Below are positions 22,897 through 27,968 of a stretch of DNA of 27,968 bases, piece after piece (position 1 is the first letter of the stretch; every line of letters begins with the position of its first letter). Both the position numbers and the translations under genes were made by a program. This DNA is from a virus (Duplodnaviria > Caudoviricetes): the IMG/VR virus record IMGVR_UViG_3300017913_001218, positions 1 to 27,968 of that record; one strand, 5' to 3'. A model generated the notes under the pieces. That model did not search any database, was not told the DNA's origin, and saw nothing but the letters and a program-made list of their open reading frames with translations.

Positions 22897-25766
22897 TGGA
22901 CTATGAATCTCAACAGCTCGACGCATACGAAACAGCAGACGCTGAGCGCTTCCTGATTGGCTCTGTGAAAAAGCCGGAGGCTGAGCCGGAAATCTTCGGT
23001 GTGCCGCTCAGTGAGCTTGAGGACGCCAGCAATCGGGTAAAGAGTGGCGCAGCCTTCGTAGGCAGCGAGTTGTACCGCATGGGCGTCGGTGGCGCTCGTG
23101 ATGCCGGCCAGGCTATTATTAAGTTTGGCCGCGACGTCCTAGAGGCAGAAGGCGAAAAGTTTCTTGAAGCTAGCGGCCTGCGCGCAATTGACCAGGAAGG
23201 CAACCTTAGCAAAATACGTCTGAGTATCCCAGCGCCGCGTCTGCCAGAGGTGGCAGAGCCAAAGACATTTGCTGCTCAGCTCGGGCGTGATTTTGTGCAG
23301 TTCGGTGTGGGCTACCTAGCATCCCCAAACAAGTTCGGTGTGCTTAATCCTATCCTGCGGTCGGGTTCAGCTGATGCTGCGTTCTTCGACCCAGAAGAAG
23401 GCGGGTTTATCAGGCCTTTGATTGACCTGGGCGTTCTGCCCGAGGCAATGGAGTTTCTGGCTGTAGATGACGTCAATGAAGAAAGCCTGGCAGAAGACCG
23501 CCTGAAAGCTCGCCTGCAGATGGCCGGCGAAGGTGCGCTGGCTGGCGGCCTTGTTGATGGCATGATTAAAACCCTAAAAATTATTAAGAATGACCAGCGC
23601 TTGCTGCGCGCATCTGTAATGTCGATTGCTGGGGCTACAGGCGCCACCATCAATCCTGATGCGGCAGAAGGTATGCCCATCAAGACCCTGATTAAATCGC
23701 TGTCACAGGCCGAAACAGACGCCATTACAAAGACAGCGAAAAAAAGAAAAGCCAAAGACAAAAAGAACATTTCTGACGACGACCTGGTGCAGACCGTCAC
23801 CGAGGAAGCGCTGCGCGTCAAAAATCAATATCCGACCGGCGACGGCTGGCTGCCTATCAACATCAACCCAGAAGGTAGCGCCCCGACATTTAAGGTCAAA
23901 AGCAACGGCTCTATCGCCATCAAGTGGCAAGAGCCTAGTTACCAGTTCCATCTGCCGTCTAGCTATGTAGGCACCAAGAAAAAGCCCAAGCCGGACGAGG
24001 TCGCGGCTCATAAGGCTGCCCTGGTAGACCGCACAGTAAACGACGTCCAGGCCGTAGTAGACCGGGCAAAGGCTGGCGACCAGGACGCGATTGAGATCAT
24101 CAACCAGGCAAACTGGTATCGTTCTATGCGTACCCGGCTGCGCCAGGAGTTTGGCGGCTTGGGTGATGTGTTCGCTGATGTTATCGGCGCAACATCTGCA
24201 CAGACCGGCGTACAGCAAAACTATGACAATGCGCTAGTTATCCTGCGTCGTTTCAGCCGGGGCGAGTTTGATTCGGAAATTGCCGCATATCAGAAGATGG
24301 TCGCAGACGGTGAACCGCTAGACCAGAAGACATTGACGGCATTACACAAGGATCCTAACAGTCCATTTAAGCTAATTACAAAAGCAGGCGGCGAGCTGTT
24401 CAACACCAACAGCCCAGCTGCTACCGGCGCCATTCTTGACATGTTCCGGCAAATCAAGGTCGGCCAAGCGCCTAAAACCATCAACTTTACCGGCAACCTG
24501 ATTGGCTACGGTAATGAGGCAACCATTGATGTATGGGCTGCCAGGTATCTGCGTGATGCAGCTGGCCTGCCGCGCATCCCGCCACCAGCTGAAAAGGCTG
24601 TGGCCGGCAAGCACCTGACCGGGTCAAACATGGACAACCCGCGTATCGGTGGTGAGTTTGGTTTTGGCCAAGAGGTTTTTGCTGACGCAGCGGAGCGCAT
24701 CAACAGCTCTGGCATGATACGCGACGTAAATGCAGACCTGGGCGACCTGGGCGCTGATGACCTACAGGCGGTCATTTGGTTCCTAGAAAAAGAGAAATGG
24801 ACGAAGAACGGCTGGACGTCAAAGATTGGCGAAGGCGGGTCTCTCGACTATGAAAGTGTCTATGGTGGTTCACCAGACCGTGCTCGGGTTGCAGAGCTGC
24901 GTTCCATCATCAACAAGAAGGGCAGCACCCCTGAGCAGATAGCAGACGCAAAGGCAGAGCTAGAAACGCTGCAGGGCGCACCTCAGCGCTTTACAGCTGG
25001 TGTATCTATGGAGCGGCCTAATCAACGGCCTACGAACCCAGAGCAAGCGCAGCTGGCGTCTGAGCTCACAGCGCCATTGCGGGATGACCAGAAGGTCATT
25101 GGCTACCAGGCAAACAATACATATGGCGAGTTTATGGGCGAAGCTGAGCGAGCTCTGAATTTTGAGGTCGTCACACAGACTGATTTTGACCCGACCAACA
25201 TGACCAAAGCCCTGGTCGAGGCCGGTCGCAAGTATGACCAGGACGCTGTGTTTATCTCAAAGGTGGTGCCATCTGGTACGGCTAATGCGCGACCTGGCGT
25301 AGAAATCTATTTCCGGGACAGGCAGGGCGCCGACTACGCACAGCAGATTACAGCGCTACTGCGTGAGCGGGGCATCGATGGGTTTACCTTTGTGACAGAC
25401 GCCCGGCAGATGGATCGCGTTGACGTGCAGGCAGCTGGTGACGAGGACATTGCAGGCCTTGTTGGCATCAGGTTCCAGTACATCCCAGAGTTCGATGATG
25501 GGTTTGACGCGACACGTCAACAGGACATCTTTGACGAGAAAGCTGAGGTGTTTGCAGACGTCATGGAAGATATCGGAAAAATCGATGGCGTGACATACGC
25601 GGACGTGGTATACTATGACACGACTGTGTTTAAGAACACAGATAGGTCAGGAACGGAGTGGATAAATGGCGGAACAAGTTACGAAGAACACCTTAGAGGC
25701 GTTGCTGGAGAAGCAGCTAGCGAAGTCGGGGGGCAAGGAGACCTTTTCAGTGAAGCAGCTCCGTAG
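22896..25766 (+). CDS. Large putative ejection/polyvalent protein with HhH-GPD-like and SAM-lyase-like segments
   Basis: 956 aa within the ejection module; Gly/Ala-rich N-terminus; ATSAQT, PKT-x-TIDVW, LQAVIW motifs; YGEF..AER..YDQDAVF. Confidence 0.75.
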   Translation: MDYESQQLDAYETADAERFLIGSVKKPEAEPEIFGVPLSELEDASNRVKSGAAFVGSELYRMGVGGARDAGQAIIKFGRDVLEAEGEKFLEASGLRAIDQEGNLSKIRLSIPAPRLPEVAEPKTFAAQLGRDFVQFGVGYLASPNKFGVLNPILRSGSADAAFFDPEEGGFIRPLIDLGVLPEAMEFLAVDDVNEESLAEDRLKARLQMAGEGALAGGLVDGMIKTLKIIKNDQRLLRASVMSIAGATGATINPDAAEGMPIKTLIKSLSQAETDAITKTAKKRKAKDKKNISDDDLVQTVTEEALRVKNQYPTGDGWLPININPEGSAPTFKVKSNGSIAIKWQEPSYQFHLPSSYVGTKKKPKPDEVAAHKAALVDRTVNDVQAVVDRAKAGDQDAIEIINQANWYRSMRTRLRQEFGGLGDVFADVIGATSAQTGVQQNYDNALVILRRFSRGEFDSEIAAYQKMVADGEPLDQKTLTALHKDPNSPFKLITKAGGELFNTNSPAATGAILDMFRQIKVGQAPKTINFTGNLIGYGNEATIDVWAARYLRDAAGLPRIPPPAEKAVAGKHLTGSNMDNPRIGGEFGFGQEVFADAAERINSSGMIRDVNADLGDLGADDLQAVIWFLEKEKWTKNGWTSKIGEGGSLDYESVYGGSPDRARVAELRSIINKKGSTPEQIADAKAELETLQGAPQRFTAGVSMERPNQRPTNPEQAQLASELTAPLRDDQKVIGYQANNTYGEFMGEAERALNFEVVTQTDFDPTNMTKALVEAGRKYDQDAVFISKVVPSGTANARPGVEIYFRDRQGADYAQQITALLRERGIDGFTFVTDARQMDRVDVQAAGDEDIAGLVGIRFQYIPEFDDGFDATRQQDIFDEKAEVFADVMEDIGKIDGVTYADVVYYDTTVFKNTDRSGTEWINGGTSYEEHLRGVAGEAASEVGGQGDLFSEAAP

Positions 25767-25848
25767 GCAAATCGCAGCTGCTAAGTCTGGTCAGACTAGC
25801 CAAGAGCTATACGTCACTGGTTCATATAAACGACAAAGCACCGCATAA
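25666..25848 (+). CDS. Small protein overlapping the end of the 956-aa gene
   Basis: GGAGTGGA RBS; 60 aa, helical; 101-nt overlap. Confidence 0.6.
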   Translation: MAEQVTKNTLEALLEKQLAKSGGKETFSVKQLRRQIAAAKSGQTSQELYVTGSYKRQSTA

Positions 25849-25909
25849 CACACTATGTGGTGCTTGGGGTAGTCAAAGCCCCCAAATTCTGGTACTAATT
25901 AATAAAATC

Positions 25910-25938
25910 GGCGCTTCGTGTGAGGCGCCTTTTTCTTT
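25910..25938 (+). terminator. Rho-independent terminator-like hairpin
   Basis: GGCGCTTC-GTGT-GAGGCGCC-TTTTTCTTT. Confidence 0.7.
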
Positions 25939-25947
25939 GGAGTTTTC

Positions 25948-27968
25948 ATGGCAACACCAGGTAGACAGGCGGCCGAGGCACTGCGCTCGGGCGGGGTGAC
26001 GCGCTTTGCCGACACAAACCCGACTGACGATGATGGCATCCAGCTCGCAGGGCTATTTAGCACACTGATTAAGAAATCAGCTAAGGGTTCGGCTCGTGAG
26101 GGTACTATTGTGCCTGAGCCACCGACAGAGCGCCTGCTGCCTGAAGGACAGACAACCGAATCAGTACAGGAAGATTTAGCGCCACAAATGCTGTCTGATG
26201 AAGGTCAGGCACGTTTTGAAAGCGGCGGCGGCGATGCTCGCACAGCTATTGGGCTGCCCACAGCGCGTGAGATAGACGAAGCGCCCGAGGTCATGGTGGA
26301 CGCCCCGCCAGAGCCTGCAGCTGACATTGCAGTTACAGAGACAGCAGAAAAGGCACGTCGCGGGTTCAGCACCGGCCTGGCTGATGAAGGCGACGCTGAC
26401 GACCTAATCACGTCTATAACTACGCCTGGCGTAGTCGATGCGACTACCGGCATTGATTTTAATTTTAATAACTTTGATAGCGGCGAAGATATCAACCGGG
26501 TCATCAATTCGATGTCCGAGATTATTGCCAACCCTACAGAAGCAGCAAAGCGCGGCGTCCGTACTAATGACCAGACACTGGCCGCAGCTGACCAGCTGCT
26601 GGCTGACGAGCTCGGTCTTACAAAAGAAATACTGCGTAGAAAAAGCGGTAGTGTACTAAACGCAGAACAAATGACTGCTGTGCGTATTTTGCTGCAAAAG
26701 TCAGCTGCGCGGTTAGAAACAATGGCCAAGCAGATTCAGGCCGGCGAAGGCAGCCCGGCTCTGTTGGTAGAGTTCCGGCGCCAGATGTCTATTCACGCCG
26801 GCATCCAGATGAAGGCCAAGGGCGCGCAGACAGAGATTGCTAGAGCGCTGCAGGCGTTCAAGATACCGGCAGGCACACAGGTGCCAGCTGAGGCGCTCAA
26901 CGCCATGCTGCAGGAAACAGGCGGCGGCAAGCTAGCTGAGAAGATGGCTAAGGGTTATCTGGACGCACTTGAAGAAGGTGGCCAGGCTAACGCGAATAAG
27001 TACGTTAACGGCGCCTGGGGGCAGCGTATCGAAGGTGTTTGGATGGAGGTCTACATCAATGGCCTGCTGTCCTATTTTCCAACGCACCTGAAGAACGCCA
27101 TAGCTAACCCGCTGTTCATGACCTACAATACGCTGACTGACCTGACAGCTGCATCTATTGGCACTGTCACGCGGACTGGTGCGCGCATGGTCGGCAAAGA
27201 CGCAGACCCAGATGGCGTATATTTCCAGGACGTGTTTGCGCGCGTTTATGGTTTTAGCCAGGCATTTGGCGACGCATGGGTAACAGCAAGCAAGACCTTT
27301 GCTCAAGAGGCGCCGGCAGATACCCTTAACAAGGTAGAGGCTGGCAGCCTGCGCGCTATTGATGCGGAAAACCTGGGGATTACAAACAACGCTGTCGGCA
27401 AAGCTGTAGACCACCTGGGGCGCGTTATACGCCTGCCAGGCCGGGCTTTGATGTCTGCGGATGATTTCTTTCGGGTGATTGCATCACGCGGCGCTTTGTA
27501 TGAAGAAGCTATCCGCACAGCCAGAAAGTCAAAGGCAGCTGGCCGGACAGACGCAGAGGCGCTGGATGACGGCATGATGGTTTTGCTGGATCCTAAGTTT
27601 GCCGGCGATGAGATGGACGCGGCGTCGCGTTATGCCACAATGACGTCTGACTTGGGCGACGGCATGATTGGCACGTTTACAACCAAGTTTCGGACACACC
27701 CAATCGGCAAGCTCATAATGCCTTTTGCTAAGGCGCCTACAAACACAATGCTTCGTGTAGCCGAGGGTCATCCATTTATTAACGCAGCAGCTATGCTTAA
27801 TCCTAACAGCAAGATTCGACAAAATTTGTTAGGCCAAAATGGCGCTAAGGCTCAGCAGCGCCAAATGGCCAGGCTGTCTATGGGTGCGGGAACCATGTAT
27901 ATAATGCACCAGATGGCGCTGAATGGCCGCCTAACTGGGGCTTACCCATCAGATAGACAGATACAAAA
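25948..27968 (+). CDS. Large internal virion/ejection protein (gp16-like), 3' truncated, not in ORF track
   Basis: GGAG RBS; MATPGRQAAEAL..; open to the window end; EVYINGLLS..THLKN and LMSADDFF motifs typical of large podovirus ejection proteins. Confidence 0.8.
   Translation, partial: MATPGRQAAEALRSGGVTRFADTNPTDDDGIQLAGLFSTLIKKSAKGSAREGTIVPEPPTERLLPEGQTTESVQEDLAPQMLSDEGQARFESGGGDARTAIGLPTAREIDEAPEVMVDAPPEPAADIAVTETAEKARRGFSTGLADEGDADDLITSITTPGVVDATTGIDFNFNNFDSGEDINRVINSMSEIIANPTEAAKRGVRTNDQTLAAADQLLADELGLTKEILRRKSGSVLNAEQMTAVRILLQKSAARLETMAKQIQAGEGSPALLVEFRRQMSIHAGIQMKAKGAQTEIARALQAFKIPAGTQVPAEALNAMLQETGGGKLAEKMAKGYLDALEEGGQANANKYVNGAWGQRIEGVWMEVYINGLLSYFPTHLKNAIANPLFMTYNTLTDLTAASIGTVTRTGARMVGKDADPDGVYFQDVFARVYGFSQAFGDAWVTASKTFAQEAPADTLNKVEAGSLRAIDAENLGITNNAVGKAVDHLGRVIRLPGRALMSADDFFRVIASRGALYEEAIRTARKSKAAGRTDAEALDDGMMVLLDPKFAGDEMDAASRYATMTSDLGDGMIGTFTTKFRTHPIGKLIMPFAKAPTNTMLRVAEGHPFINAAAMLNPNSKIRQNLLGQNGAKAQQRQMARLSMGAGTMYIMHQMALNGRLTGAYPSDRQIQ

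Larger units (their letters stand above)
1..27968. mobile_element. Temperate podovirus-type phage genome segment (excised/virion form)
   Basis: Contiguous lysis, attP/integrase, immunity, packaging, head, short-tail and ejection-protein genes; no host genes; attP has phage arm repeats on both sides of the tRNA core. Confidence 0.95.

Noticed and set aside
21144-27822. Many long minus-strand ORFs opposite the virion genes
   Set aside because: Antisense shadows of Ala-rich coding sequence; Ser/Ala-biased, with no motifs recognised
12949-27968. Diversity-generating retroelement, prompted by the BPP-1-like structural genes
   Set aside because: No reverse transcriptase and no TR/VR repeat pair seen; tail fibre genes lie outside the window, so this cannot be assessed for the whole genome
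1-27968. Assignment to T7-like Autographiviridae
   Set aside because: No single-subunit RNA polymerase or DNA polymerase in the early region; the control region is lambdoid and the terminase genes precede the portal

Overview
The whole window is a temperate, short-tailed (podovirus-type) dsDNA phage in its excised form: attP is intact and no host genes are visible. The host is probably an alphaproteobacterium, because the attP core matches the 3' end of an alphaproteobacterial-type tRNA-Asp. Gene order: end of the late operon (GH108 endolysin and four very basic small proteins); attP; tyrosine integrase operon; leftward early operon (PD-(D/E)xK nuclease, SSAP, wHTH protein, Xis); cI/cro switch; rightward early operon (VRR-NUC nuclease, Zn fingers, NPPY methyltransferase, DUF6362-like late regulator); terS; terL; three related small proteins; T7/BPP-1-like portal, scaffold, capsid, decoration protein and tail tubes A/B; ejection (internal virion) proteins. 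Most notable observations: (1) a second, inverted integrase-type site (core plus paired arm repeats, in helical phase with attP but with a different 7-bp overlap) between terS and terL; (2) a 956-aa putative ejection protein carrying an EndoIII/HhH-GPD-like domain and a SAM-lyase-like segment, with a small overlapping partner gene; (3) no recognisable replication genes, but an AGCT-clustered AT-rich origin candidate and strong CAGCTG enrichment; (4) a TGACG-N5-CGTCA operator network and a repressor that appears non-self-cleaving; (5) a cluster of cationic proteins where spanins would be expected. All family assignments are by-eye motif recognition, not database searches.
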